Positions 37,303 through 49,060 are shown, counted from the whole stretch's first letter. The stretch: DNA of 63,025 nucleotides, filler included, from Saprolegnia diclina VS20 (GCF_000281045.1; 7 parts of 2 records of this genome joined end to end with filler, not necessarily neighbours in it), one strand, 5' to 3'. The notes: generated by a model from the letters alone, not told the origin. Translations and numbers: made by a program.

Positions 37303-38180
37303 TACGTGGCGGAAGAGTTCCGAGCCACCTTTTAACGTGGTGAATTTGTCGGGTTCCTGTTATCGTATGATGCTAGTAGATGGCGATAAATCATCCTTGG
37401 GACAAATGTAGTTTGTACATGATGAGTATGACTAGTTGTACAAGTCACTATCTCGGTGTAAATTGTCATCTAGAAATCTCGTCGAAATCACGGCGGCCAG
37501 AGTTCCGAGCCACCTTATACGGATCCGAATACCAACGGGAGTGTATTTTTATTCATCATACGACCACTTTATTTAATTTTGGACGCGGCAATGCGCCAAT
37601 GCCTCGCGTCCTCGCCGTTCATCAGCTTGCGCTCCGTAATAATGCTTGGTGTCTCCAGGCGCTGCTGCTGGCGCAAAGCTGTCGCCAACTTCTTCGCGAG
37701 GACGCCGTCGTGCGCTCGTCGATGGCGGCGATGATACCCGCGCGCTCGCCTGGCGTAAGGACTGGGTTCGGCCCGTTGCGGCTGTGCACGTCGACTTCAC
37801 CTTTGATGCGCCGCGAGATGTACATGCGGTCGAGGTTGTATGCCTTGGCCGCCGCTCAGATGGACTGCACGGCCTCAATGGCGCTCAGTGCACGAGATGC
37901 CTTCTCGTCGCGGCGTCATTTCGACATTCATGCTCGGTATAGTTAATTCAAGGCAAATTTTTAAAATGTGGTGATGGGTTTGGCCGCTGGGATGCCACGT
38001 GCGCAATTTTGACCCGATGGACATCGTTCGAGCGCCAAAATGTAGTTTATTCCCACGGCTACGATCGCGTTCCGCTGGTTTCATCATATTCCATCAATAA
38101 CATCACTTCATTTTGGCGCGATGCCAAATCATGGCAGGTGGCTCGGAACTCGGTATGGCTCGGAACTATGCCGGTACTTA
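37303..38180 (-). mobile_element. Non-autonomous pogo/Tc1-mariner-type DNA transposon (about 880 bp)
   Basis: Both ends read TATA-N11-AGTTCCGAGCCA in inverted orientation; the motif occurs twice per end (37316, 37501; reverse complement at about 38136 and 38156). Internal HTH_psq/CENP-B-like remnant AIEAVQSI*AAAKAYNLDRMYISRRIKG...GPNPVLTPGE. Confidence 0.75.
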
Positions 38181-38244
38181 TATTTATTACCTGTCGTGGG
38201 TTGACCCTGCCGGATTTGATTTGACGAGGTTGTGCCTCGAAATA

Positions 38245-38292
38245 GCGTTTGAGACGGCGTTTTGTACAGCGTTTGAGACAGCGTTTGAGACA
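38245..38292 (+). repeat. 12-bp tandem repeat x4 (GCGTTTGAGACA-like)
   Basis: gcgtttgagacg gcgttttgtaca gcgtttgagaca gcgtttgagaca. Confidence 0.8.
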
Positions 38293-39150
38293 GGATTTCA
38301 AGTATTGAAAGCCAATGCAAACGATGGCACGCAGCGCATTGGTGCCAACGACAAACGTACCGCTTACGCATACTAAACCACTTGGCTTCCTGTGCGTATT
38401 AAAAAATGGCAACGACAGACATACAACCAGTGATTGCCTCTCGCCACGAGTAAGAGATTACCGTATGACCTCGAGCCGCACCAGCGCTGAACGTCGTTGC
38501 CTTGGTTCGCAATTATACGCCTTGGAATCCTGCATATCGAGTAGTGTAGCCGCGGCGCTGAGCCGGTCACTACGCGGGCCTGCGCCATGAAAGACAAGGC
38601 CGCTGTTGCCACGAAGCACGAACCCGCCGCGTGCAACTCAAGTCCGCTGCCGTGGAGTACCAGCGGGCAGGCGCATCTTGGCGGCATCTCGAATGTTGTG
38701 GTGTCGGGCGGGCAGGCGGACCAGCGACGCTCGGACTGGTAGAAGGCTCTGGTTTCCATTTATCTCGCGCCAAGTACGACATCAATGTGACATTGATGTG
38801 GACACTACAATGACGTCGCACATGGCGCTTGCGCTCTCAAGTTGATACACAATGACAATGTGTATCAACTTGAAAGCTGTGTTGGGCATCATCATAGCTA
38901 GCGACGATACTATACTAGTGAGAGATCAACCAGCGCGATACCGTTGCTTCGGTCGATGCAGCTACAGTCGAGAGGCATATGAAGTACGTGTTGGAGGGTT
39001 AAGGGTTTGTAAACTCGATGGAAAATATACTAACGTAGATAGATACTATTGTGGGACGATTTTAACACAATTTCTGGACGATCGGAAATGAGATTTGTGT
39101 AACGTTTGGCAAAAGTGTATTCAAAATGCAAAATTAGCACGTGCGTTGCA

Positions 39151-39696
39151 CTAGGGCTCTTCGTCGATCGACTCGAGCAAATTTGTCGGTTCTGTCGGTG
39201 GACGGTTGTGGGGGTCAGGCGAGAGGTCGTCGTCATCGTCGTCGAAGGCTTCGTCACGCTCGTGGTCGTCAAGGCGCTAGGTGAGAAACTTGATAATCTG
39301 CTGGGCCGTCGGGCGACTCGACGGCTTTTGCGCCCAGCAGGCGGTCGCGAGCTTCCGGAGCCAACGCGGGCAGGCTTGGCCGAGGTCCGGACGCAACATC
39401 CCGGCGTGCACGCTAGCAATGACGTTGCCATCATGGTTCGCATACGGCTTGTGGCCCGTCTCTACTTCGGACAAGGTGATACCAAACGAGTAAATGTCGG
39501 CGGCCGACGTGTAGAGCGTTCGGTCATCGTCCTGGCTTGGGTTGTAGTCGTACGCGCGGAAGACCTCGCGGGCCATCCAGAGTTGCGACCCGATGTTGCC
39601 CGTCATGAGCGTCTCAAGGGTCCGTGCCGTGCCAAAGTCGCCGAGCTTGACTCCATGGATCGATGAGAGAAAGACGTTCAAGCTCTTGACGTCGCG
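39151..39696 (-). pseudogene. Protein kinase (TKL-like) C-lobe fragment
   Basis: Begins abruptly at (H)RDVKSLN; DFG, GSQLWMARE, DIYSFG, RPTA; no N-lobe; stop at 39277 with an acidic reading frame continuing to 39151. Confidence 0.85.
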
Positions 39697-40100
39697 CAGA
39701 CAGTTTGCGTCTCGTCCGCGACTATGTGGTGGCATCCGACGAGGACGCGCCAGAGACGTGGCCTCTGTGCTGCATGGTGTGCCACACTCCGATCGTGGGC
39801 TGTGTCGTCGCCTGTGCCAAGTGCCCGCAACCTATCTTTACGTTTTGCGGTCGCTGCTACGCACAGCGGCCGTCGCGACTGACGCGCTTCTGTCGCCACG
39901 ACTCGTCCGAGACGAAATGGACGAGGACATTGCCACCGCGCCGGTTTTTTCACGAAGAAGATTTGCTTGCGACAGAGTCGCCAGTGTACGCCGACACTGA
40001 GGATCTCTGGGGCGAGTACGTGGCCTACTGCCACACGCACAAGGTTCCGACGAACGAGCGCTTGCCGCGGACATCGGTCCCTGGATTGAGCCGCGGATAG
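39697..40100 (+). pseudogene. 3' fragment of a HET/TIR-TPR family gene (Cys-rich C-terminal domain only)
   Basis: PETWP..CMVC..CAKCP..FCGRC..RFCRHD..LPPRRF..YC..H.VP.NER is homologous to the C-termini of 54490..56640 and 59022..61158; no ATG start. Confidence 0.85.
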
Positions 40101-40485
40101 CACCCGATGCTTTAAGCCTCGAGGTATCAAGTCATCAAGAATGTCGAGCGTCCCAGTCGCGAGTCGGGTCATAAACCCGGTGAATTCATATGAACTAACG
40201 CAAATTGGTACAGCATCACTCTTCTCCAATGCAATCCAACAGCAACCTTCGATCGTACTAGTAGTGTATATTGTCCTGCATCATTTGAAACCCAGTTGCA
40301 GGTCGGCTGTTGTGCCTAGGGCTAGGGTAGGTGTAGGGTAAAATCGAGCGATCGTCGATGAAAGAGATAGCATGTGCTCGCTGCGTTTGTGCTCGCTGCG
40401 TTTGTGTACTACATAACACATTTGGACTGTATACAAATATTAAAACATGCATTTAGTCGCTCAATCGATCGATGGATCACGAGAC

Positions 40486-43400
40486 TTACGTGTTGGCCGC
40501 TTGCTCGATGCGCAGCACAAGGATACGCAGCTTTTCTTGGTCGTCCGGAAGTTCATCGTCGCACTCGTCGCAGATCGTGGCCGTCATACTGTGGTGTGTT
40601 TCACAGCAGACGCAGACGAGACCGTCGTCGATCTCAAATCCGTTCTTCTTGGCAACCGCAAGACGCTTGAGAAGGACCTTGAGCTTGGAAGCCACGGGAG
40701 CTAACGACCCGGCGCAGGCCTCGCAGTGCGTCTGAAGCAACGAGTTGGAGGCGCGGCAGAGCTGACACACGACGCGCGTACTCACAAGCATCGAGTTGGA
40801 CCATGACGAGTACGTCTACCATAGCGATATGATGGAGATCTCAACATAAGGTCGTGTTGATGAGCTCACCGTCGTGCCAGTGGATGCTCCAGAGGTGACG
40901 GACGACGTCACCGAGCCGCTGCTGACTGTTGAGCTCGTGCGACTGAGTAGCTTGTCGGAGCGGTGGAGGTTCTCGGGTGTTGATATCTACAAAGAGAGTA
41001 GTGTGCATGACCTTTTCATGCCGTCAGAAGCGACGTAGGCTACCGCGGTGGAGCGCGTCTTGCGGTCCAAGGGCTCGGTCTCTGGTTCCTGCGCCAACGC
41101 TTGTTTGCTGCGACCGAGCAGCTTTTGGAGAGAAGTCACTAGCATCTGCGCCGACGGACGCTGCGTCGGGTCAAACGACAGACAGGCGTCGGCAAGGTGA
41201 CGCAACCAAGGCGGAGAGTTTGCGCTCACTGTCGGACGGAGGTTGCCGAGACGCACGCCGTCCATGATATCCCATTGCCGGAGGCCCTTGACGTCGTGAA
41301 AAGGCAGCTGGAGCGTGTCCAGCTCGGTCAGAATGACGCCAAACGAGTAGATATCGGCGGCAAAGCTGTAATGACTGTCCGACGTAAAGACCTCGGGGGC
41401 GGTCCAGTACGGTGTGCCCTTGGCGGTCGTCATGATGGACTCGTACTCGCGCGCAATCCCGAGGTCGGCGAGCTTGATGTAGTTGGTCGAAGAGAGGAGG
41501 ACGTTGTGGCTTTTGAGATCCCGGTGAAGAAGACCGTTGTGGTGCAGATCGGCGAGGGCATTCGCAAGCACCCACGCGACGTCCAGTGGCGAGACATCAA
41601 CCTTGGTGGGTTGACCGAGTCGCTTGGCGTCGAGGTAGCTGCGCAAATCGCCGGCGTCCATGTACTCCAGCACGAGCTTGGGGCTCGATGAACGGGAGAC
41701 AGCGAGCAGTTGGAGCACGTACGGCGAGTTGCACCTACACCCGTCAATGACGAGGGAATAAACAAATACTAGTATCAGAAAAGACATACAGCTGCATGGT
41801 CTCCATCTCGTAGATGAGTGCTTGGATGCAAGACGCGTTGACGGCCGTCTTGATGGCCACCGTACGACCATTGTACATGCCCTTGTACACGGCCCCGTAG
41901 CCACCAGCGCCCAATGGACTAGATATGTCCATCTCGATCTCCGACTCGGACACCTAACGACGTCATTTGTCAGAATTTTATCCAAACCGAGGACACGGAC
42001 TTCAGGAACCTCACTGTGCGCAGCCGCTTGAAGCATCGTCGCCAGACGTCGATGGCCTAATCGAATGGCCAGAATCATTGGCGTCATGCCTGCCTACGAA
42101 GAAGGTTGTCATCGGCGCAGTAAACTGCTCGTGATATGTACTGCACTTTGGACGTCCATCTTGATATCTGGCGCGCGCACGAGTGCATCCAGTACCTTGT
42201 GGTCGTTGCGTTGCACAGCGAGATGCAGGAGCGAGTCGCCTTCCTACTCTCATTTATTGGCTCTCGGATGACGCGTCACTCGCTTGCCTCGTTCATGGCG
42301 TTGGGGCTCACGCCGTCAGTCACGAGCGCCATTGTCTGGCGGTAGTCTCGCTTGCACACAGCGTCGACAAGCTGCGGACGACGCTAGGTGATGCGATATA
42401 CAATAGCACACTAGGCTTCTGTCGACAGGAGGTCATACCTGCATGTTGGCTTTGGCTTTGGCACGCTGCAGAATCGCGACGACGTGATCGTCCGTCGTAA
42501 GCATCAATGGCGTCTCGCCCGACTAGAGACAGACGTGTCGAGCTCACTTTGTGATTAGTAAGTACCGTAGTCATCGCAAAGACGTTGGCGTTGGCATCCA
42601 AAAGAGACTCGACAACGCCCGCATGCCCCTTGGCGGCCGCAACGTGCAAGGGTGTGTGACCCAACTAGTCGAAGATCGACTACCATACTGAGAAAATAGA
42701 GTGTAGCGCGCGTACGTGGTTGATCGCGTTGACATACGTCTCGTCCTTTGCCACCTTGAGCAGAGACGTGACGATGGCGACGTGGCCGCTGGCAGCCGCG
42801 AGGTGCAGCGCAATATCTCCATGCTAGAGCAACTAGAGTCAAGGATATGGACGCCGAAAGTGCCAACCTCGTTCGTGAGTGTGGGGCTGATACCGAGAGA
42901 CAGCAGCTGATGCACCATGCTCGCGTCGTTGGTTGCGACTGCGTGGAGGAAGAGGGCCTTGGCCGCGTCAGGGCTTTTTGCCAGGGCTCGAGTCGTCTAA
43001 TACCGAGTTGCTGAGTTACTCAAGCAGGATACAAGCGTGTACCTTGTCGTTGAGGTTGGGCTTTTTCACGAGCGCGTGGACCAGCGGTAGGTCTTGCGTC
43101 GCGAGCACCAGCTGCACCAAGGACGTTCCATTCTACAGTAGCCTTCGGCCACTCCATGTACAAACTAGAGAAATGTACGCTGTCGCAGAGGTTGGGGTCG
43201 ATGGTCTCTTGCTCGAGGATTCTCGTTGCATCGACAAAGCGCTTTTTGTCGAGGGCGTGGAAGAGCTGAGTAACATTGCATCATTATCACAGAATCGGAG
43301 ACACAACTACGTACCTTGGCTTGGTCGTCTCGCACCCGAAGAGCTTCCCGCAAAAGCTGGGCGATGTTGCCATGACCATCTTTTTCTGCGAGCATGAGTG

Positions 43401-43908
43401 GCGTCTCGCCTTTCTACATGATATAGTAGGGTTGTATCTCCCGCGTAGCATTGTGTGAAGTAACATACTTTGGTTTTGACGTCGATGGCCGCGCCCTTCG
43501 TCAGCAACAAGCGGACGATCTCCAAATGACCTTCGGAAGCAGCCCAGTGCAATGGTGTTCGACCAAGCTACACCAGAAATCACACAATAACACACGTGAG
43601 AAATACAAAACACAAAAGTACCATGGTTTTGACGTCGATGGCCGCGCCCTTCTCGAGCAAAAAGCGGACGACCTCCAATTGACCTTCGGAAGCAGCCCAG
43701 TTCAATGGTGTATAACCATCCTACACCAGAAATCACACAATAACACACGTGAGACATAAAACACAAAACGTACCATGGTTTTGACGTCGATGGCCGCGCC
43801 CTTCTCGAGCAAAAAGCGGACGACCTCCGAATGACCATTGTAAGCAGCCCAGTGCAATGGTGTTCGACCAAGCTACATACAGTAAGATATAACGTAATAC
43901 AGAAATCA
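40486..43908 (-). CDS. Ankyrin-repeat / TKL protein kinase / double Zn-ribbon protein, multi-exon, 5' end cut by a linker
   Basis: Ankyrin exons; GAGGYG, VAIK, HRDLKSHN, DLG, GTPYWTAPE; C-terminus CQLC..CEAC..CVCC..CDEC. Confidence 0.88.
43471..43875 (-). repeat. Tandem exon+intron units of about 152 bp, each encoding one ankyrin repeat
   Basis: TGGTTTTGACGTCGATGGCCGCGCCCTTC recurs at 43471, 43624 and about 43776; introns nearly identical. Confidence 0.9.
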
Positions 43909-44008
43909 NNNNNNNNNNNNNNNNNNNNNNNNNNNNNNNNNNNNNNNNNNNNTTAATTAATTAANNNNNNNNNNNNNNNNNNNNNNNNNNNNNNNNNNNN
44001 NNNNNNNN

Positions 44009-44076
44009 CCATGCTCGTTGATAAAGTGGCGCAAGTACGAGAGGCGGAGGCCGTGGGCGGGCGTTGTCGATGCCAT
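44009..44076 (-). CDS. 5' start of a further HET/TIR-TPR family gene (truncated by linker)
   Basis: MASTTPAHGLRLSYLRHFINEH matches the N-terminus of the 54490 and 61158 genes. Confidence 0.85.
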
Positions 44077-44435
44077 CGGCAAATTCACTGTGATGCGCAC
44101 CACTAAGCACACACTGCGTCAACGTACCGGATGGCGCGACATATCCAACTGACTCGAAAAACATGAAACCGACGGTTATAGATGAAATCAGTTCTTCATT
44201 TACACCAGTAAAACCAATCAGATAAACTTGAGTAATTGTCGGTCGCCCAGGACGTCGTGAAGCGTGAGAGCGTCGCTGGCAGACAGGCAATGTGAAACCA
44301 TCTTCTGGATCTCCGAAGTGTCGGTCGGTTGTGGAGGGTGCCGTGATGTGATTGGATAAAAAGAGCAGCCAATCCAACACAGCGCGCCAGCCAATGAGCA
44401 GGCCAATCAAACAGTAGTGTGCGTCAGTTTGCAAA
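44077..44435. promoter_or_regulatory. Bidirectional promoter between the HET/TIR-TPR and ankyrin genes
   Basis: 359 bp; CCAAT at about 44214, 44369, 44391 and 44403; Inr/FPR-like motifs before both ATGs. Confidence 0.6.
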
Positions 44436-45182
44436 ATGTTTGCTTGGGTGTCGAAGGCGTCGAAGGCGGAGAGGGCGCAGAAGGAGGTATGTGCCTGTGC
44501 TGTCCATCGCGATTGGCCCAAGGATGCGGATGCGATGATGCAGGAAGCGCTTCGCGACGCTGCGACAGAGGGCAACTTGACCAACGTCCGCTACTATCTC
44601 AAAAAAGGCGTCAATGTCAACTGCAAGAGCGCTGTACGTCGTCCTTTATTGATTTATTTATCGAGATTGATGTACCTTGGTGTAGCTTGGTTATACAGCC
44701 TTGTGTTTCGCTGCTTCCAATGGCCATGTGGAAATTGTCCGCTTGTTGCTCGAGAAAGGCGCGGCCAACAACGCCAAACACAAGGTGCGTGAGGCATTCC
44801 TCACGTGTGTATAGTGTGATTGCTGGTGTAGTATGCATGGACACCGTTGCACGAAGCTGCTGAGAAGGGGCATTTGGACATTGCACGCCTTTTGCTGACG
44901 AAGGGCACGGCCATCGGCGCCAACGATTACGTACGTTTAGTGTTTTGCGTTGATTTTTTACGTGTGTTATTGTGTGATTTCGGGCGTAGGATGGTCGAAC
45001 ACCATTGCACAAAGCTGCTAGCAGAGGTCATCTGGAGATCGTTCGGCTTTTGCTCGCGAAGGGCGCGGCCATCGACGTCAAAGACGAGGTATGTGTTTTG
45101 TTTTATCTCTCACGTGTGAATTGTGCGATTCTTGGTGTAGGGTGGGTCTGCACCGTTGCACAAAGCTGCTGAGTGCGGTCGA
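44436..45182 (+). CDS. 5' part of an ankyrin-repeat gene (possibly the inverted 5' end of 40486..43908)
   Basis: MFAWVSKASKAERAQKE|EALRDAATEGNL..; one ankyrin per exon; introns resemble those at 43570-43770. Confidence 0.85.
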
Positions 45183-45343
45183 NNNNNNNNNNNNNNNNNN
45201 NNNNNNNNNNNNNNNNNNNNNNNNNNTTAATTAATTAANNNNNNNNNNNNNNNNNNNNNNNNNNNNNNNNNNNNNNNNNNNNCCGCATCAGCGACCATAT
45301 CTCGCTTCATTTTCACATTGGCTTTGCCTCGACCACATCTCCC

Positions 45344-46699
45344 ATGAAGCTCATCTTCCTCACCGCCCTCCTCGCCACCGCGTCGTCGGTCGTCGCGCTC
45401 CGAATGTCGGACACAGACCGCGCCGCGCTCGCCAAGGAACTCGAGCAGTGGAAGTCGAGCCATGCGGGCAAGTCGGCCGAGTCGCTCGGTCTTCTTCCGT
45501 CCCAGAACACGGAAGAGGCGCTGACCGAAGAAGCCAAGCTCGAGGACGAGCTCACGCGCTTTGCCAACGCCAAGGAGGTCGTCGCCGACCTCAACAAGAA
45601 GCACCCGGGCGCCATCTTTGACTACAACAACCAGTTTGCCCTTCTCAACGCACACGAGTTCCAGGCGTACGTCAAGGGCTCGTTCAACAAGGAGCAGGCG
45701 CGCCGCGTTCTGCGCGCCGAGCGCGAAGAGACCACGCTCACGCAGTCCCAGATCGAGGCCGCCGACAAAGACTGGACGACGAGCAAGTGCATGCCGCCGG
45801 TCAAGAACCAGGGCAGCTGCGGCAGCTGCTGGGCCTTTGCCACCGCCGGCGCTTCGGCCATGGGCCACTGCATCGTCACGGGCAAGCTCCTCGACCTCTC
45901 GGAGCAGCAGCTTGTGAGCTGCGCCAAGAGCGCAGGCCAGGGTTGCCAGGGCGGCTGGCCCAACAAGGCGCTCGACTACATCTCGTCGACCGGTCTCTGC
46001 TCGGCCAAGGACTACCCGTACACGACCAGCGACAGCGCCTGCAAGTCGTCGTGCTCCAAGACCAAGCTCAGCATCGGCAAGACCGTCGACATTCGCGGCG
46101 AGAGCGCGATCCAGAAGGCGCTCGACACGCAGCCGATCTCAGTCACGGTCGAGGCTGGCAACGACGTCTGGCAACATTACAAGAGCGGCGTCGTGCAGAG
46201 CTGCCCGGGTGCGCAGTCGGACCACGCGGTCATTGCCGTCGGGTACGGCACCAAGGACGGTCAACAGTATTTCAAGATCCGCAACTCGTGGGGCGCCAAC
46301 TGGGGCGAAGCTGGGTACATGTACCTCAAGCGCGGCGGCGGCGGCAAGGGCATGTGCAACGTCGCGGACGGCGGGTCGTACCCGACGTTGAGCGGGAAGC
46401 CAGCGAACAACCCGACCGACAGTCCCAGCGACGAGCCGAGTGACTACCCCAGCGACGAGCCCAGTGATTCGCCCACGGACGAGCCTAGCGACAGCCCCAC
46501 GGACGAGCCCAGCGACAGCCCCACGGACGAGCCCAGCGATGCACCAACCGAGTACCCGTCCGACGACGGCTCGATGACGGACATGCCGACCGAGTACCCG
46601 ACAGACGCGCCGACGACGCGCCCGCACACCAAGCACCCGCGCACCAAGCACCCGAAGAAGCCGCACACCAAGAAGCCGTGCCCGGGCGCGTCCAACTAA
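45344..46699 (+). CDS. Secreted papain-family (C1A) cysteine protease with prodomain and Pro/Ser/Thr/acidic tail
   Basis: Signal peptide; QGSCGSCWAF; CQGG; DHAV; RNSWG; PTDEPSDS repeats. Confidence 0.95.
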   Translation: MKLIFLTALLATASSVVALRMSDTDRAALAKELEQWKSSHAGKSAESLGLLPSQNTEEALTEEAKLEDELTRFANAKEVVADLNKKHPGAIFDYNNQFALLNAHEFQAYVKGSFNKEQARRVLRAEREETTLTQSQIEAADKDWTTSKCMPPVKNQGSCGSCWAFATAGASAMGHCIVTGKLLDLSEQQLVSCAKSAGQGCQGGWPNKALDYISSTGLCSAKDYPYTTSDSACKSSCSKTKLSIGKTVDIRGESAIQKALDTQPISVTVEAGNDVWQHYKSGVVQSCPGAQSDHAVIAVGYGTKDGQQYFKIRNSWGANWGEAGYMYLKRGGGGKGMCNVADGGSYPTLSGKPANNPTDSPSDEPSDYPSDEPSDSPTDEPSDSPTDEPSDSPTDEPSDAPTEYPSDDGSMTDMPTEYPTDAPTTRPHTKHPRTKHPKKPHTKKPCPGASN

Positions 46700-46894
46700 G
46701 TCCATTGTGCGTTTAGCTGTGCTTACTAATATACAAGTGTCATTTTGTTTCAATTTCTTGGACTTGCTTTTTACTAGAAACGTTTGCATTGGTGCAGCCA
46801 CCTCCTTGTCGAGTCACATGCCGGTTGGAGTTCGCTATAACGTTGGCGCAGCGCATTCGTGCTCTATAAGGCTCGACCGCGTCGTCCAGTGCCT

Positions 46895-47097
46895 CACCCG
46901 CGGCCACAAGCGTCGTAGGGCGACGACAGAAGAGCCAGATGAGCCTCCGCGCCGCCGCCTGCGCAGCCACGGCCCGGCGAGCGAATGAAAAAGAAGGAGA
47001 TTGCTAATCTCTACGTATGCGAAGTCTTTGTGTAATTATGAAGATAACGCGAAACACGTTCATATTTATAAGTATAACGCGAAACACGTTCATATAT
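46895..47097 (+). repeat. Dispersed repeat family, copy B (longest)
   Basis: GAGCCAGATGAGCC..GCAGCCACGGCCCGGCGAGCGAATGAA..GAAGGAGA..TAATTATGAAGATAACGCGAAAC.CGTTCATAT. Confidence 0.85.
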
Positions 47098-47663
47098 TAG
47101 GCTCGACGGCCGAGACGAATCAACCAAAATGAACCACCGTGTCATGCTCGCAGTACGCTTAGTTGTTTGTGGTGCAATTGTGATTCAAAGATCTGCACTG
47201 GCAAGTCGACTTGATGCCGGCAACACGAATGTGTCACAAGGAACCTATCACCGAAAGCTTGGTCGAACGCCGTTTCCTACGAACCTTGGGAACATGCACA
47301 CGCTCCAACACACCGGACGCTGCATTCTACTATAACAACAGCGGGCGATGGCTTCACTTGATCGCACCCACACGATCTTAGCACCGCAAGCAAGTCTAGT
47401 TGATCTCGTTTTCGGTCCTAAGAGTTTTGCATTTGTCGAACAGGTCCTAACATGGAAATAACCTTGCATGGGACAGACTCGCATCAAACTCCTCGATCGC
47501 TGTGTGTAATCGGGTTCCAAAAACCTCACACGTTCTTGCTTATCACCGACGCACCTTCGATTTCCATGACCACTCTCCGCCGTTCGTCGGTTCCTCGTTG
47601 GTCTCGGGCCTTTTGACCACTTTGCCTTTGGTTCACATTGCCTTTTGCCATTTGCCAGTTTCG

Positions 47664-48896
47664 ATGAAATTGACGGCCGCGTATCCCACTCTTCTCGCCG
47701 CGTCGACGACAGCACTTGAAATGACCGACGGCGAGCGCAATGCCCTCGTAAAGGAGCTCGCGGCGTGGAAGGTGAGCGCGGCCGGGGAGCGTGCAGCCGC
47801 CCACCGCCTTTTGCCTCCGTCACCGCTACTCGCAAGCCTTAACAGCGACCAAAAACTTGATGAGGAGCTCACGCGCTTTGCAGCCACCAAGAAGACCGTC
47901 GCAGCTCTCAACGCCGCGCACCCACACGCGACGTTTTCGATGGACAACCGCTTTGCGCTGCTGACGTCCGACGAGTTTCGCACGTACGCCCAAGGCGCGC
48001 TGCCCAAGCAAATTATGACGCGGCAGCTGCGCGCCGAGCATTCGCAGCTCACTTTAGCGCAGTTGGCGGCCTCCGACGTTGACTGGACGACCACGCGTTG
48101 CATGCCTGCGGTCCGTGACCAGGGCCAGTGCGGGAGCTGCTGGGCCATCTCGGCTACCGGCGCCGCCGAGATGGCGCACTGCCTCGCCACGGGCAAGCTC
48201 CTCAACCTTGCCGAGCAGCAGCTCGTGAGCTGCGCCAATGACGCAGGCTACGGCTGCAACGGCGGCTGGCCTCGCCAAGCGCTCGACTACATTGCGACGA
48301 CTGGTCTCTGCGATTCGAGCGACTACCCGTACACAGCGTCCGATGCCGCCTGCAACACAACCTGCAGCAAGATCAAGCTCCAGATCGGCGCTACTGTCAA
48401 TATCCAAGGCGAGCGCGCGCTTCAGGCCGCGATCGACATGCAACCCGTCGTCGTGACGGTCGAAGCCGGCAACGACATTTGGCGCAACTACAAGAGCGAC
48501 GTCGTGACAATGTGCCCCGGGGCAGCGTCCGACCACGCCGTCGTGGCAGTGGGGTACGGCAGCAGCAACGGCACGGCACACTACAAGCTTCGCAACTCGT
48601 GGGGAGAATATTGGGGCGACCACGGCTACATCTACCTCGAGCGCGGCGTCGGTGGCAAAGGCATGTGCAACGTCGCCGACCAGTGCTCGTATCCGACCAT
48701 GGTGGCCGGCAAACCGACACCGAGTAACCCAGTGGTGGCGCCGACAACGACAACGGTACCGACAACAGCACCGCTGGCACCGACATCGACACCGCCGGCA
48801 CCGACACCGCACCGGACGACCATGCACCCAACCGCCAAGCACCCGCACACAAAACACGGGCAGAGTCGCACTATCCGTCCGTCAACTGACTACTAA
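47664..48896 (+). CDS. Secreted papain-family (C1A) cysteine protease, tandem paralogue
   Basis: QGQCGSCWAI; CNGG; DHAV; RNSWG; PT-rich tail ending KHPHTKH. Confidence 0.93.
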   Translation: MKLTAAYPTLLAASTTALEMTDGERNALVKELAAWKVSAAGERAAAHRLLPPSPLLASLNSDQKLDEELTRFAATKKTVAALNAAHPHATFSMDNRFALLTSDEFRTYAQGALPKQIMTRQLRAEHSQLTLAQLAASDVDWTTTRCMPAVRDQGQCGSCWAISATGAAEMAHCLATGKLLNLAEQQLVSCANDAGYGCNGGWPRQALDYIATTGLCDSSDYPYTASDAACNTTCSKIKLQIGATVNIQGERALQAAIDMQPVVVTVEAGNDIWRNYKSDVVTMCPGAASDHAVVAVGYGSSNGTAHYKLRNSWGEYWGDHGYIYLERGVGGKGMCNVADQCSYPTMVAGKPTPSNPVVAPTTTTVPTTAPLAPTSTPPAPTPHRTTMHPTAKHPHTKHGQSRTIRPSTDY

Positions 48897-49060
48897 AAAC
48901 TCAATTTTCGTTCTCTCATTCGACGTCTCTGAACGACGAGCGTGCAGCTCTAGCCTAGTAATGTGTATCTAGCGTCTGTACATTGTGGAGAGACCTTTGT
49001 GGTCCAACGTACTGTATGTCGAGCAACATTATTGTCTCAGCAGGTAGTACGAGTTTGAAT

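Noticed and set aside
43471..43875. Regularly spaced repeats resembling a CRISPR array
   Set aside because: They are ankyrin exon+intron duplications in a eukaryote; no unique spacers and no cas genes
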